A DNA stretch of 64,000 nt, from the NCBI GenBank assembly GCA_965237415.1, contig CBDEFM010000002.1:2784001-2848000 (forward strand), in the 5' to 3' direction. Each line of letters opens with the position of its first letter. The first letter of the stretch is position 1. The position numbers and the translations under genes were made by a program. This DNA comes from Alphaproteobacteria bacterium (GTDB taxonomy: Bacteria; Pseudomonadota; Alphaproteobacteria; UBA828). Below, one piece after another: positions 28,262 through 38,934 of this stretch. The notes under the pieces were generated by a model. That model saw only the letters and a program-made list of their open reading frames with translations, had not been told where the DNA came from and searched no databases.

Positions 28262-30420
28262 GCGTCGGGCGGGTTATCGCCGCCAGAGTCCGCCACGGCG
28301 AGCAGCGGCTCTCGCCGTGCCTTGCCGCGGCCGGAGAGCGACGGGTTGGTCATGAAGAAGCGGTGGGCGTTGAAAGGCTCGCCGTCCGGGCTCAGGCGGG
28401 AGAAGGCGCCATCAGTATCAAGCGTCCAGCTCTGTTCGTTGTCCCTCAGGTTCGCGGTCATGATCTCATCGAGGATTTGCTCGTGAACCGTCGGATTCTC
28501 GATCGGCACCATGATCTCGACCCGCCTGTCGAAATTGCGCCCCATCCAGTCGGCGGAAGAAATGAACACCTTGGCGTTGGGCGAGGGCAGGCCGTGGCCC
28601 GCGCCGAAGCACATGATACGCGAGTGTTCGAGGAAGCGCCCGACGATGCTCTTCACCCGGATGTTTTCCGAGAGGCCCGGCACACCCGGCCTGAGGCAGC
28701 AGATGCCGCGTACCACCAGGTCGATGGAGACCCCGGCGGCGGAGGCGGCGTAAAGTGCCTCGATCACATCGGGGTCCACCAAAGAGTTGAGCTTCACCCA
28801 GATCGCCGCGGGCCGGCCGGCGAGCGCGTGGGCGGTCTCCGCCTCGATCAGCTCGTGGATGGCGCTGCGCATGCCGAGCGGTGCCACCGCGATCTTCTCG
28901 TAGCGCTCAGGCGCCGCGCCTCCCGTGAGATAGTTGAAGAGCAGCGCCGCATCGCGGCAGAGCGCCGGCTCGCAGGTGAAGAACGAGAGGTCCGTGTAGA
29001 TCGCCGCGGTGATCGGATGATAGTTGCCGGTGCCGTAGTGCACGTAGCTGCGCAGGCCGTCGGCTTCTCGGCGGGCCACCAGGGATGCCTTGGCATGGGT
29101 CTTCAGGTCCATGAAGCCGTAGACCACCTGAGCGCCGGCGCGCTCCAGGTCCCGCGCCCGGCGGATGTTCGCCGCCTCGTCGAACCGCGCCTTGAGCTCG
29201 ACCAGCGCGGTGACCGACTTCCCTGCCTCCGCCGCCTCGACCAGCGTGCTGACGATGGGCGAATCGTTGCTGGTGCGATAGAGCGTCTGCTTGATCGCGA
29301 TCACGTCCGGGTCCCGCGCCGCCTGGCGCAAGAACTGAACGACGACGTCGAAGCTCTCGTAGGGGTGATGAACGAGGATGTCCTTGGCCTTGATCGCGGC
29401 AAAGCAATCGCCGCCGAAATCCCGGATCCGCTCGGGAAAGCGCGCACGGTAGGGCGTAAATTCGAGGTCGGCCCTGCCGCACTTGATGAGCATCGCCGTG
29501 TCCGCGAGACCCAGAATTCCACCGACCTTCACGACATCGCGCGGCGCGACCCCGAGCTTGTCGGCCAGGAATTCCAGCATGCGGGCGGGCATCGCCGCGT
29601 TCACCTCGAGCCGGATGACGCTGCCGCGACGCCGCCTCTTCAGCGCGCTCTCGAACGAGCGCACCAGGTCCTCCGCCTCTTCCTCCAGCTCGATGTCGCT
29701 GTCGCGGACGATCCGGAACAGGCCCACCGCGCGCGGTGCGAAGCCGGGGAACAGCCGGTCGAGATAGAGCTCGACCACGTCTTCGAGCGCGATGAAGCGA
29801 ACCTCGCCCCGCTCGCCCTCGGGCAGGCGGATGAAGCGTTCCACCTGGCTGGGGACGCGCACAAGCGACGGGACCAGGCGCCGCGTGCCGCGCTCGACCA
29901 GCTCCAGCGCTAGGCTGAAACCGAGGTTGGGAATGAACGGGAACGGATGGGCCGGGTCGATCGCAAGCGGCGTCAGGACCGGAAAGAGGCGATCGATGAA
30001 GTAGCCGTCGAGCCATTGCCGCTCGTCATCGTGGAGCCGCTCGGGAGACACGATGGCAATGCCCGCGTCGGCGAGCTCGGCGACCAGCCCAATCCAACGC
30101 TCCTGCTGCTGCACCATGAGCCCGTTGGCGCGCTCGTTGACGGCGCGAATCTGCGCTGCGGGGCTCAGGCCATCCTGCGAGAATTCGACGATGCCCGCCT
30201 CGACCTGACCATGCAGGCCGGCGACGCGGACCATGTAGAACTCGTCGAGGTTCGATGCCGAGATCGAGAGAAAGCGCAGGCGCTCCAGCGGCGGGTGGTT
30301 GAGGTTCTCGGCCTCCTCCATCACCCGCGCGTTGAAGGCGAGCCAGCTCAGCTCGCGATTGATGAACTTGTCGGCCGGCGCGAAGCTCTCCGCCTCGGCG
30401 GCCCGCTTGGCCTTGGCCAT
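28258..30420 (-). CDS. ppk1: Polyphosphate kinase 1
   Basis: [63 protein letters not shown]. Confidence 0.96.
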   Translation of the reverse strand: MAKAKRAAEAESFAPADKFINRELSWLAFNARVMEEAENLNHPPLERLRFLSISASNLDEFYMVRVAGLHGQVEAGIVEFSQDGLSPAAQIRAVNERANGLMVQQQERWIGLVAELADAGIAIVSPERLHDDERQWLDGYFIDRLFPVLTPLAIDPAHPFPFIPNLGFSLALELVERGTRRLVPSLVRVPSQVERFIRLPEGERGEVRFIALEDVVELYLDRLFPGFAPRAVGLFRIVRDSDIELEEEAEDLVRSFESALKRRRRGSVIRLEVNAAMPARMLEFLADKLGVAPRDVVKVGGILGLADTAMLIKCGRADLEFTPYRARFPERIRDFGGDCFAAIKAKDILVHHPYESFDVVVQFLRQAARDPDVIAIKQTLYRTSNDSPIVSTLVEAAEAGKSVTALVELKARFDEAANIRRARDLERAGAQVVYGFMDLKTHAKASLVARREADGLRSYVHYGTGNYHPITAAIYTDLSFFTCEPALCRDAALLFNYLTGGAAPERYEKIAVAPLGMRSAIHELIEAETAHALAGRPAAIWVKLNSLVDPDVIEALYAASAAGVSIDLVVRGICCLRPGVPGLSENIRVKSIVGRFLEHSRIMCFGAGHGLPSPNAKVFISSADWMGRNFDRRVEIMVPIENPTVHEQILDEIMTANLRDNEQSWTLDTDGAFSRLSPDGEPFNAHRFFMTNPSLSGRGKARREPLLAVADSGGDNPPDA

Positions 30421-30523
30421 TCGGCTGCTCCCGCGCCCCCTCTCTCGGTTTGATTCGCGATTGTCTACAATACGGCTATTGTCGCGGCCAGACAAAAGCG
30501 CGACGGGCCGCGCGCCCTGCGGA

Positions 30524-31228
30524 TCAGGACTCCGGCGGCGTGTCGTACCCACTCTCGCCGAGGGCGAGCACCGCGCGTACGAGCGGCACGGTAACCGGCC
30601 TTCCCTCGGCGAGCGCCGCGCGGTCCAGGCGTTCCACGAGGCTGGCTGCGGCCTCGAAGGTCCGCTCGATGCGCGGCACGACATAGGCCGGCACCTCGGG
30701 CGCCACCGCGATCTGCCTATCCGCGAACAGCTTGAGCATGAGGGCGGCGAGCAGCGCATCGTCCGGCAGGCCGAGCGCCACCGACGGCGCGACTCGAAGC
30801 CTGGAGACGAGATCGGGGAGCGCGAGCGGCCAGCGCGCCGGCGGGGTCAAGGCGGTGAGCAGCAGATGGCCGCCCCGCTCAGCGACGCTGTTGTACGTGT
30901 GCAGGAGGGCGCGCTCGTCGACCGGCCCGCCCAGCCCGTCTAAGACCAGCGCCGCGGCTGCTTGCCCGCCGCCGGGCGCGGCGTGGGCGAGGGACGCCGC
31001 ATCGACCACCTCGGCGCCGCTGCGACGCCGCCACACCTCAGCCAGATGGCTCTTGCCCGAACCCGGCGGGCCGTGGATCACGAGCGCAGGCCCCGGCCAG
31101 CCCGGCCAGCGGTCGAGCCAGGCGACCGCCGCCTCGTTGCAGGGCGCGACGAGGAAATCCTCGCGCCCGAGCGCCGGGCGGACGCCCCAGTCGAAGGTGC
31201 GCTGCCGCCCGAGATTAGCATCGGCCAT
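30524..31228 (-). CDS. hdaA: DnaA regulatory inactivator HdaA
   Basis: N-terminal clamp-motif-like Q-x-[28 protein letters not shown]; typical synteny with ppk/ppx. Confidence 0.88.
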   Translation of the reverse strand: MADANLGRQRTFDWGVRPALGREDFLVAPCNEAAVAWLDRWPGWPGPALVIHGPPGSGKSHLAEVWRRRSGAEVVDAASLAHAAPGGGQAAAALVLDGLGGPVDERALLHTYNSVAERGGHLLLTALTPPARWPLALPDLVSRLRVAPSVALGLPDDALLAALMLKLFADRQIAVAPEVPAYVVPRIERTFEAAASLVERLDRAALAEGRPVTVPLVRAVLALGESGYDTPPES

Positions 31229-31238
31229 TGCCGGCACC

Positions 31239-32453
31239 CTACTCCGCCTCACCTGGCGCAGGCGCGTCGGGCGCTTGCGGCTCAGGCTTCTCGGCGCGGG
31301 GACCCAGCACCCATTCATCCGCCCTAGGCTCGAGAGCCAGATCGCTCTGGTCGAGGGCGAGGCGCAGCTGGTCCGCCGTGCCGTGATAGCGGAGCGTGAG
31401 CCGCCCCTCGCGCAGGGAGAGGGAGTCGATGTCGACCGCGGCAACCATGGCGAGCGCCGCGAGGCGCCGCTGGATGGACACCCATTCGTCGAGGCTCGCG
31501 ATCGGAACGGTCGCCCGAAGCATATGGTCCTCGTCGTAGCGGATCAGGTTGGCAGCCTTCCAGGCATCCTCAAGCAGGGCGACGACCCTGTCGGTGCCGC
31601 GCTCCAGCAGCGCCCGTTCGCTCTCGCCTGTGCGGCCGATCAGTGTTTGCGCGACGGCATGTTCGTCTCCGGCAGCGATCCGGCGCAGCGAGAGCGTAAG
31701 TGCCCGGCCGGCGGCCGATGCCTCGCCGTCTGCGCCCGCCGTGTCGGCCTCAGCTGGCGCGGAAGGCTTCGCGACGGCAGAGGAGCCCGAGAGGCCGGCG
31801 ACCGCGACCGCGACCTCGCTCGTGCCGTAGAGCCGCCCGAGCGCGCCCAACGCCTCCGCATCGGAAGCCAGTGCCCGTTTCGCGGCCACCGCGCCGAGAT
31901 CGATGATGTCGCCGAGCGGCAAGAGGATCGGCACCAGGCCGCCGTGGGGCGGGCGCTCCTCCCACGCCCGGCGCCAGCGATTGCCGTCCTCCCACAGAAA
32001 GATGCCGCCGGGGTCGCGCTGAACCGCCACGACCAGCACCGGCTTGCTCACGGTCTCGGCATAGGCGACGCCGCTCTCCCGCAGCAGGCGGCGCACCTCG
32101 GCGGGGTCGAAATCCACCGTCAGCGACGCGCGATAGCGGGTGGTCGAGACCAGCTCACGGTCGATTTCGAAACCCGCGACCATCGCCGCGACGGAGTCCT
32201 CGGACGGCGCCGGCAGGGACGCACCCTCGACCGTGAGGCGGCGCAGCAGGATCTCAAGTGCGTCGCGCTGACCGGCCGCGATGGCGAGCTCCCGCGCCTC
32301 TGCCGACGACGCAGCCTCGGCATCGATCGGAACATGGGCGACCGTGAACACCGCCTCGCCGCGCGCCGTGCCACAGGCGAGCAACAATGACAGCGCGAGG
32401 GCGCGGGCAACACACCGCGCGGCGGTGGCGAGACGAGCCGATCCACCCATCAT
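31239..32453 (-). CDS. Exported DUF2066-family protein
   Basis: Signal peptide, VFTVAHVPIDAEA..AR..A, Y..SLTVDF, LPLGD; usual neighbour of purMN and hdaA. Confidence 0.75.
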   Translation of the reverse strand: MMGGSARLATAARCVARALALSLLLACGTARGEAVFTVAHVPIDAEAASSAEARELAIAAGQRDALEILLRRLTVEGASLPAPSEDSVAAMVAGFEIDRELVSTTRYRASLTVDFDPAEVRRLLRESGVAYAETVSKPVLVVAVQRDPGGIFLWEDGNRWRRAWEERPPHGGLVPILLPLGDIIDLGAVAAKRALASDAEALGALGRLYGTSEVAVAVAGLSGSSAVAKPSAPAEADTAGADGEASAAGRALTLSLRRIAAGDEHAVAQTLIGRTGESERALLERGTDRVVALLEDAWKAANLIRYDEDHMLRATVPIASLDEWVSIQRRLAALAMVAAVDIDSLSLREGRLTLRYHGTADQLRLALDQSDLALEPRADEWVLGPRAEKPEPQAPDAPAPGEAE

Positions 32454-32588
32454 TCAGACCCTGTCATCCGGTCGGGCGGGCTGCGGCCGGCGGCAGCCAT
32501 GGACCTGTCCGTCAGGGTATCATGGGGTCTGAAGCAAGGCGACGGGCGGCAGTCGCAGGACTGCGGCCGCGGGACGGTAGGGGACGAT

Positions 32589-33242
32589 ATGGCGCGGCTG
32601 AGAGTGGGCGTCCTGATCTCGGGCAGCGGGACCAATCTCCAAGCCCTTATCGACGATTGCGCCCGTGCCGATTCCGGGAGCGAGATCGCGCTGGTGCTCT
32701 CCAACCGGGCCGACGCCTTCGGCCTCACGCGGGCCGCGCGGGCCGGCCGGCTCCATCGGGTCATCGACCACCGGGCGCATGACACGCGCGCTGCCTTCGA
32801 GCAAGAGCTGAGTAATGCGCTGGAAGCAAGCGGCGTCGAGTTGGTCTGCCTCGCCGGCTTCATGCGCGTGCTCACGGCGGAATTCGTCGACCGTTGGCGC
32901 GATCGGCTGATCAACATCCATCCCTCGCTGCTGCCGGCGTTCAAGGGGCTGGATACGCATGCCAGGGCCATCGAGGCCGGCGTACGCATCGCCGGCTGCA
33001 CGGTTCACTACGTGCGGCCTGCGGTGGACAGCGGGCCGATCATCGTTCAGGCGGCGGTGCCCGTTCTGCCGGACGACACGGCGGAGAGCCTGGCGGCCCG
33101 CGTGTTGTGCGAGGAACATCGCTGCCTGCCGCTCGCCGTGCGCCTCATCGCCGCAGGCCGGGTCTCGGTCGCGGGCGAGCGCTGCGTCATCGACGCGGCG
33201 GGACCCGGCGGTGCCCTCATCAACCCCGCACCGGGGCTATAA
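32589..33242 (+). CDS. purN: Phosphoribosylglycinamide formyltransferase
   Basis: VLISGSGTNLQAL, LAGFMRVL, NIHPSLLP, GCTVHYV, DSGPII, EH. Confidence 0.96.
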   Translation: MARLRVGVLISGSGTNLQALIDDCARADSGSEIALVLSNRADAFGLTRAARAGRLHRVIDHRAHDTRAAFEQELSNALEASGVELVCLAGFMRVLTAEFVDRWRDRLINIHPSLLPAFKGLDTHARAIEAGVRIAGCTVHYVRPAVDSGPIIVQAAVPVLPDDTAESLAARVLCEEHRCLPLAVRLIAAGRVSVAGERCVIDAAGPGGALINPAPGL

Positions 33243-33246
33243 GAGA

Positions 33247-33276
33247 AGGGCCCGGAACCGTCCGGCTCCGGGCCCT
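33247..33276. terminator. GC-rich hairpin between convergent purN and phasin genes
   Basis: AGGGCCCGGA...TCCGGGCCCT inverted repeat. Confidence 0.55.
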
Positions 33277-33299
33277 GTGTAGCGGGATGGCAGATGCCG

Positions 33300-33716
33300 C
33301 TAGGCGGCGGACTTGCCGTAGCGCTCGACCACGTTCTCGGCGCGCGCGCGGATCGGCTCCATCGAATCGCCGGCGGTCTTGACCGTCATGTCTGCGATGC
33401 GGTTCCCCGCAGCCATCGTGCGCTCGAAAGCGCTCTTGGCCTGCACGGTCTGGGCGTCGGTGAGCTCCGCCCAGCTGCGCGCACCCATCAGTGCCTCGGC
33501 TGCGCCGGCCTGTGCCGCCATCGCTTCCTTGGCGAAGTCGAACCAGGCGCTGCCGATCGCGCCGTAGCCCTTCGCCGCGATGGTCGAGGCCTCGACGACG
33601 CTGACGAAGCTCGCGCGGCTCTCCTCGGCGATGGTCTCGAACGGCAGAGCGCCGTTCCAGGGTGCCTTCGGGCCGGTCGCGCCGGCCTTGCTCGTGGTCT
33701 CGGTCTTGGTCGTCAT
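33300..33716 (-). CDS. phaP: Phasin (PHA granule-associated protein)
   Basis: Ala-rich helical protein with ARSWAELTDAQ..AKSAFE and PIRAR motifs; TGCA-rich operator upstream. Confidence 0.8.
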   Translation of the reverse strand: MTTKTETTSKAGATGPKAPWNGALPFETIAEESRASFVSVVEASTIAAKGYGAIGSAWFDFAKEAMAAQAGAAEALMGARSWAELTDAQTVQAKSAFERTMAAGNRIADMTVKTAGDSMEPIRARAENVVERYGKSAA

Positions 33717-33777
33717 CGCTTTCACCTCATCGATAGGCGGTTGTTCCCGGCGATGCGCACCGCCCTGCGACGCGCAG

Positions 33778-33842
33778 CGGCGTGCAGCGACTATATTGCA
33801 GTGCAGCATCATGTTGCAGTGCAATATAGTCGCTGCACGCCG
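33778..33842. promoter_or_regulatory. Near-perfect 65-bp palindrome, probable PhaR operator
   Basis: 23-bp perfect arms CGGCGTGCAGCGACTATATTGCA / TGCAATATAGTCGCTGCACGCCG with repeated TGCA, about 60 nt upstream of the phasin start. Confidence 0.7.
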
Positions 33843-33927
33843 TCGGTCAAGGCCCCATTCACGTGAAATTGCTTTGCCTCAGCGCGCCGTTGCCGGTCGG
33901 CCTGGGCTGTGGCAATGTCGCGCCCGC

Positions 33928-33999
33928 GCCGCCGTAGCTCAGGGGTAGAGCACTCCCTTGGTAAGGGAGGGGTCGGAAGTTCAATTCTTCCCGGCGGCA
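33928..33999 (+). tRNA. tRNA-Thr(GGT)
   Basis: GCCGCCGTAGCTCAGGGGTAGAGC, anticodon arm CTCCC-TTGGTAA-GGGAG, GTTCAATTC; followed by CCG instead of CCA. Confidence 0.93.
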
Positions 34000-34097
34000 C
34001 CGGCGTCCTGCCGGGCACAGCGGGGTTGCCGGCCGCGCTTCCCGCCCACGGCCCATCTCGCCTATAATCCCCCTGAAGCGAAACCGCGGGGGTAGGC

Positions 34098-34454
34098 ATG
34101 CAGATCGCCATCACGGGCCGGCACGTCAGCGTCAACGAGAGTTTTCGCGATCAGGTGTCGCAGCGCCTCGAAACGTCGGCTGGAAAATTCTTTTCCACCG
34201 CTATCGACGCGCAGGCCGTGTTCGCCAAGGTGGCGCAGATGATCGAGACCGACCTCATGATCCATGTCGGCCACGGCATCAGGTTCCAGAGCCATGCGGC
34301 GGCGGCCGACATGACGGCAAGCTTCAGCATCGCGGCCGAGCGGCTGGAGAAGCGTATGCGCCGGCATAAGCGGAAGCTGCGTGACCATCACAAGAGCCCG
34401 CGCGGCGCGAAAGCCGTCGACGAAGCCGAGCCTTTCCCGCAGCCGGCCGACTGA
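34098..34454 (+). CDS. hpf: Ribosome hibernation promoting factor / RaiA (short form)
   Basis: MQIAITGRHVSV, RLEKRMRRHKRKLRDHH; directly upstream of ptsN. Confidence 0.88.
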   Translation: MQIAITGRHVSVNESFRDQVSQRLETSAGKFFSTAIDAQAVFAKVAQMIETDLMIHVGHGIRFQSHAAAADMTASFSIAAERLEKRMRRHKRKLRDHHKSPRGAKAVDEAEPFPQPAD

Positions 34455-34528
34455 GCGGCGTCGCGGCCGGGTGCCGGCCGCCGCCAGCAAGCGCTGCCTT
34501 CAACGGCAAACAACAGAGCGATCAGGCA

Positions 34529-34993
34529 ATGGAGATCGCGGATCTCTTGTCATTGAGCGGTGTCTCGGATGGCCTGAAGGCGGGCAGCAAGAAGCAGGCC
34601 CTCCAGGAGCTTTCGGCCATCGCCGCAGCGCAGACGGCGCAGAAGGAGCGCACAGTTCTCGACCTGTTGCTCGCGCGCGAGCGCCTGGGATCCACCGGAG
34701 TCGGTGCCGGCGTCGCGATCCCGCATGCCAAGCTTGCGGGGCTTTCAAAGCCCTCGGCGGTGTTCTCCCGCCTGCGGGAGCCCATCGAGTTCGATGCGGT
34801 CGACGGGCGACCGGTCGATCTCATATTCCTGCTTCTCGCGCCGGATTCCGCAGGGTCGGATCATCTGAAGGCGCTGGCGCTGGTCTCGCGCCTGCTGCGG
34901 GACGAGCGTGTCTGCGCGCGCCTGCGCGGGGCAGACAGCGCAGAGGCGCTCTATGCTATTCTCACCGGTGCGGCGGGCGCCGCCCGGACGTGA
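34529..34993 (+). CDS. ptsN: PTS nitrogen regulatory EIIA(Ntr)
   Basis: SKKQALQ, RERLGSTG, GVAIPHA (phospho-His), FDAVDGRPVDL, HLKALA. Confidence 0.95.
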   Translation: MEIADLLSLSGVSDGLKAGSKKQALQELSAIAAAQTAQKERTVLDLLLARERLGSTGVGAGVAIPHAKLAGLSKPSAVFSRLREPIEFDAVDGRPVDLIFLLLAPDSAGSDHLKALALVSRLLRDERVCARLRGADSAEALYAILTGAAGAART

Positions 34994-35061
34994 GCATCTC
35001 CCGCCTGCGGCGTGGTCGGCGGCCGATTGACAGCGGCCCTGGAGCGCCGCACGGTCGCCCC

Positions 35062-35505
35062 ATGGTTCTCGTCCATGCGAGCTGCGTCGCCCTGGAGGGC
35101 AGGGGCGTGCTGCTGCGCGGCGCCCCGGGTGCCGGCAAGTCCGATCTCGCGCTTCGCCTGATCGAGGGCGGGGCCCAGCTCGTCGCGGACGACCAGGTGG
35201 CGCTGACGAGCAGCGGCGGGGCGTTGCTCGCTGCGCCGCCGGCACGTATCGCCGGGCTGCTCGAAGTGCGCGGGATCGGGATCGTCTCGATGGAGTTCAT
35301 GCCCCAATGCCCGGTCCGTCTCGCGGTCGATCTCGCGGCGGCGCACGCGATCGAGCGTATGCCGGAGGCCGCAATCGTTACTCTTGCTGGCCATCGGGTG
35401 CGGCGCGTGGCGCTTGCCCCGTTCGAGGCGTCGACGCCGGCAAAGGTGAGGCTTGCGCTCGCCGCCGTCGAGCAGGGCACGCAGGCGGCGCGTTCGGCCG
35501 GATGA
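35062..35505 (+). CDS. hprK: HPr kinase/phosphorylase (short alphaproteobacterial form)
   Basis: VHASCV, GAPGAGKSDLA, LVADD, LEVRGIGI. Confidence 0.9.
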   Translation: MVLVHASCVALEGRGVLLRGAPGAGKSDLALRLIEGGAQLVADDQVALTSSGGALLAAPPARIAGLLEVRGIGIVSMEFMPQCPVRLAVDLAAAHAIERMPEAAIVTLAGHRVRRVALAPFEASTPAKVRLALAAVEQGTQAARSAG

Positions 35506-36419
35506 TGGCTACCGATCCCTCCGGCAATCGCGCCCTTGTTCTGGTGACGGGAATGTCCGGCGCCGGCAAGTCGACCGCACTCAAGATCCTGGAAGACCTC
35601 GGCTACGAGGCGATCGACAACCTCCCTCTCTCGCTGCTTTCGGATCTCGTGCGAGAGCGTGACGACGGCAGCCGGCAGGGCGCGCTCGCGCTCGGAATCG
35701 ATTCGCGCACCAGGGGGTTCGACCCCGGTGACATCGAACGTTATCTCGGGCCGCTGCTCGGCGCCGAGGGGCCTGGCGACATCGCCCTGCTGTTTCTCGA
35801 TTGCGAGACGGAGGTGCTGCGCCGGCGTTTCAGCGAAACCCGCCGCCCGCACCCCCTTGCTCACGACCAGTCGGTCGAGGAAGGAATTCGGCGCGAGCGC
35901 GCGTTGCTCGGCTGGCTCCGCGAGCGGGCGGACCTCACACTCGACACCAGTCGGCTCTCCGTCCGCGATCTGCGCAGTGTCGTCGCGGCGCGCTTTCAGC
36001 CAGAGGCCGCGCACGCGCCGGTGATCTTCGTGCTCTCCTTCGCCTACCGCCATGGTGTGCCCTCGGAGGCTGATTTCGTGTTCGACGTCCGCTTTCTCTC
36101 CAATCCCCACCACGTGCCGGCGCTCCGGCCGCTCACCGGGCGCGAGCCTGAAGTCGCGCGCTACGTGCGGGACGACCCGGCCTACGGCCCCTTCTTCGAG
36201 GGCATGGTCTCGATGCTCAGCCCCCTGCTGCCGGCCTTCGAGCGGGACGGCAGGTCCTACCTCACCATCGCGCTCGGGTGCACCGGCGGGCGCCACCGCT
36301 CCGTCGCCGTGGCGGAGCACCTGGCCGAGGCGCTCGGGGGCGGCAACTGGCAGGTCACGGTGCGCCACCGCGATCTCGAAACCGAGGACGCCGCGCCGGA
36401 GCGGCGGGCGGCCGGATAA
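35502..36419 (+). CDS. rapZ: RNase adapter RapZ (YvcJ family)
   Basis: TGMSGAGKS, IDNLP, RFSETRRPHPL, FDVRFLSNP, GCTGGRHRSV. Confidence 0.94.
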   Translation: MMATDPSGNRALVLVTGMSGAGKSTALKILEDLGYEAIDNLPLSLLSDLVRERDDGSRQGALALGIDSRTRGFDPGDIERYLGPLLGAEGPGDIALLFLDCETEVLRRRFSETRRPHPLAHDQSVEEGIRRERALLGWLRERADLTLDTSRLSVRDLRSVVAARFQPEAAHAPVIFVLSFAYRHGVPSEADFVFDVRFLSNPHHVPALRPLTGREPEVARYVRDDPAYGPFFEGMVSMLSPLLPAFERDGRSYLTIALGCTGGRHRSVAVAEHLAEALGGGNWQVTVRHRDLETEDAAPERRAAG

Positions 36420-36423
36420 GCTA

Positions 36424-36831
36424 ATGATCGGGCTCGTTCTGGTTACTCACGGTCGCCTCGCCGAGGAATTCGTCGCGGCGACCGAGCATGTCGTCGGGCC
36501 GCAGGCCCGCACGTGCGCCATCTGCATCGGCCCCGACGACGACATGGAGAAGCGCCGCCAGGAGATTCTCGACGCGATCGCCGCCACCGACGAAGGCGAC
36601 GGCGTGATCGTGCTCACCGACATGTTCGGCGGCACCCCGTCGAACCTCGCGATCTCGGTCATGGAGAGCGCAAATGTCGAGGTCATCGCCGGCGTGAACC
36701 TGCCGATGCTGATCAAGCTCGCGAGTGTGCGCTCGAGCAGCGATCTGCGGAGCGCCGTGGCCGCCGCGCAGGAGGCCGGTCGCACCTATATTCACGTCGC
36801 CGGACGGCTGCTGGAGGGCAGCAAGACATGA
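36424..36831 (+). CDS. PTS mannose-type EIIA (ManX-like)
   Basis: LVTHGRLA, TDMFGGTPSN, GVNLPML. Confidence 0.93.
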   Translation: MIGLVLVTHGRLAEEFVAATEHVVGPQARTCAICIGPDDDMEKRRQEILDAIAATDEGDGVIVLTDMFGGTPSNLAISVMESANVEVIAGVNLPMLIKLASVRSSSDLRSAVAAAQEAGRTYIHVAGRLLEGSKT

Positions 36832-37124
36832 GCGAGGCGGTCGAGCCCGGCGAAGGGAGCCACCAGCGTACATGCCTGATCGGCAACCGGCGCGGCCTTC
36901 ACGCGCGGGCGGCGGCGAAGTTCGTCAAGACCGCATCGCAGTTCGACGCCGATGTCGCGGTCTCCTGCAACGGTACGCGGGTTTCCGGCCTCTCGATCCT
37001 GGGGCTGATGATGCTGGCGGCGGGGCCCGGCACCGAAATCCGGATCGAGACCGCGGGACGGGAGGCCACCGCCGCGCTGGCGGCGCTCGCCAGGCTGGTC
37101 GATGGCGGCTTCGATGAAGACTGA
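36828..37124 (+). CDS. ptsH: HPr/NPr phosphocarrier
   Basis: GLHARAAAKFV (His15), SILGLMML (Ser46). Confidence 0.93.
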   Translation: MSEAVEPGEGSHQRTCLIGNRRGLHARAAAKFVKTASQFDADVAVSCNGTRVSGLSILGLMMLAAGPGTEIRIETAGREATAALAALARLVDGGFDED

Positions 37125-38913
37125 GACAAAGGCTGCCGAGAGGCCTGCGGCCGATAGGCCGCCCGAGCGGCCGGAGCAGCACTTTACCGGCCTCGGCGTC
37201 TCCGCCGGCATCGCGGTGGGGCCTGCGCACGTGGTCGAGCGCGGCCTCATCGACGTGCCCGAATACCGCATCGAAGATGACGCGATCGAGGCCGAAATCG
37301 CGCGCTTCGGCGAGGCCGTCTCCCTTTCCGTGTCGCAGATCCACAGCCTGCAGGCCAAAGCCGAGGCACTGCCCGAGGAGGTTGCGGGCCAGCTGCGCTA
37401 CCTGCTCGATGCGCACCTGCTGATGCTTTCGGGCTCCCGGCTCGTGCGCGGCGTCGAGGCCCGTATCCGGGATGCACGCATCAACGCCGAGGCGGCAATC
37501 CAGATGCAGCTTTCGGAGATCGCCCAGGCCTTCGCCGGGATGGAGGATTCCTATCTCGCCGGCAAGATCGACGATGTGCGCGAGGCGAGCGGGCGCCTCG
37601 TCCGCAACCTGACCCGTGCCGGCTATCAGGCGTTCTCCAGCGTGCCCTCCGGAACCATCATCATCGCCGAGGAGATCACGCCGGCCGATACGGCGCTCAT
37701 GGACCCGGCACGCATCGGCGGCTTCGCTGCGGCGCTCGGCGGGGCCGAGGGGCATACCGCGATCATGGCGCGCTCGCTCGGACTGCCGGCGGTGCTCGGC
37801 GTGTCGGGCCTGGCAGGCGCCGTGCGTTCGGGTGACATCGTGGCGGTGGACGGCGTGCGCGGCGGGCTCGTGATCAACCCCGGCGAGGCGACGATCGCGC
37901 GCCTCGAGCGCCGCCGCCGGGCGCTTGAGCGGCGCAAGCGCCAACTCGCCCGGCTGCGCCAGGTCCCCGCGGTCTCGCGCGATGGCGAGCGCGTGACCCT
38001 GCAATGCAATATCGAGCTGCCCAACGAGATGCCGCAGGCGCAGGAGGTCGGTGCCGAGGGCATCGGCCTCCTGCGCAGCGAGTTCATGTACATGAACCGC
38101 GACGAGCCGCCGAGCGAGGACGAACAATATGTCTCGCTCAAGGAAATCGTCGGCGGCATGAACGGGGCGCCGGTGACGGTGCGGACTCTCGATGTCGGCT
38201 CGGACAAGCTCGCCTACTCCCTCGGCGAGCACATCTCGCCGAGCGTCAATCCGGCGCTCGGGCTCCGCGCTGTGCGCCTTTCGCTCAAGATCCCGGCGCT
38301 GCTTGAGGCACAGATCGCGGCGATTCTCCGCGCCGGCGCCCACGGGCCGGTGCGAATCCTGGTCCCGATGATCACCTCGGTCGAGGAGATCAGGCACGTG
38401 CGGAAGGCCGTGGACAAGATGATCCGCAGGCTGACCCGCGCGCGGGTGCCGATCGCCGATGCGCCGCCGCTCGGTGTCATGATCGAAACGCCGGGCGCGG
38501 CGCTGGCGGCGGATGCGCTGGCCGATGCCTGCGATTTCTTCTCCCTCGGCACCAACGACCTCACCATGTACACGCTCGCGATCGATCGTGGCGACGAGCA
38601 GGTCGCCCACCTCTACGATCCCCTCCACCCCGCCGTTCTCCGGCTTATCCGATTCGCCACCGACGCGGCCCGGCGTGCCGGCATCCCGGTCAATCTCTGC
38701 GGCGAGATCGCGGGCAATCCGCGCTTTACCGCGATGCTGCTGGGTTTCGGCTTGCGCGATCTCTCCATGGCGCCGCCGAATGTCCCGCGCGTGAAGCAGC
38801 GGATCCTCGCGCTCGACGCCTCTGCCGCGGCGCGTCACGCGGAGGAGCTGTTGAGTCAATCCGAGGCGGCCCGCATCGCGCGGCTGATCGACGACTTTCC
38901 CGACGGAGAGTGA
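37114..38913 (+). CDS. ptsI: PEP-protein phosphotransferase (Enzyme I, no GAF domain)
   Basis: [44 protein letters not shown]. Confidence 0.93.
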   Translation: MKTETKAAERPAADRPPERPEQHFTGLGVSAGIAVGPAHVVERGLIDVPEYRIEDDAIEAEIARFGEAVSLSVSQIHSLQAKAEALPEEVAGQLRYLLDAHLLMLSGSRLVRGVEARIRDARINAEAAIQMQLSEIAQAFAGMEDSYLAGKIDDVREASGRLVRNLTRAGYQAFSSVPSGTIIIAEEITPADTALMDPARIGGFAAALGGAEGHTAIMARSLGLPAVLGVSGLAGAVRSGDIVAVDGVRGGLVINPGEATIARLERRRRALERRKRQLARLRQVPAVSRDGERVTLQCNIELPNEMPQAQEVGAEGIGLLRSEFMYMNRDEPPSEDEQYVSLKEIVGGMNGAPVTVRTLDVGSDKLAYSLGEHISPSVNPALGLRAVRLSLKIPALLEAQIAAILRAGAHGPVRILVPMITSVEEIRHVRKAVDKMIRRLTRARVPIADAPPLGVMIETPGAALAADALADACDFFSLGTNDLTMYTLAIDRGDEQVAHLYDPLHPAVLRLIRFATDAARRAGIPVNLCGEIAGNPRFTAMLLGFGLRDLSMAPPNVPRVKQRILALDASAAARHAEELLSQSEAARIARLIDDFPDGE

Positions 38914-38934
38914 GGACCCGCTTGGCGGCGGGCT

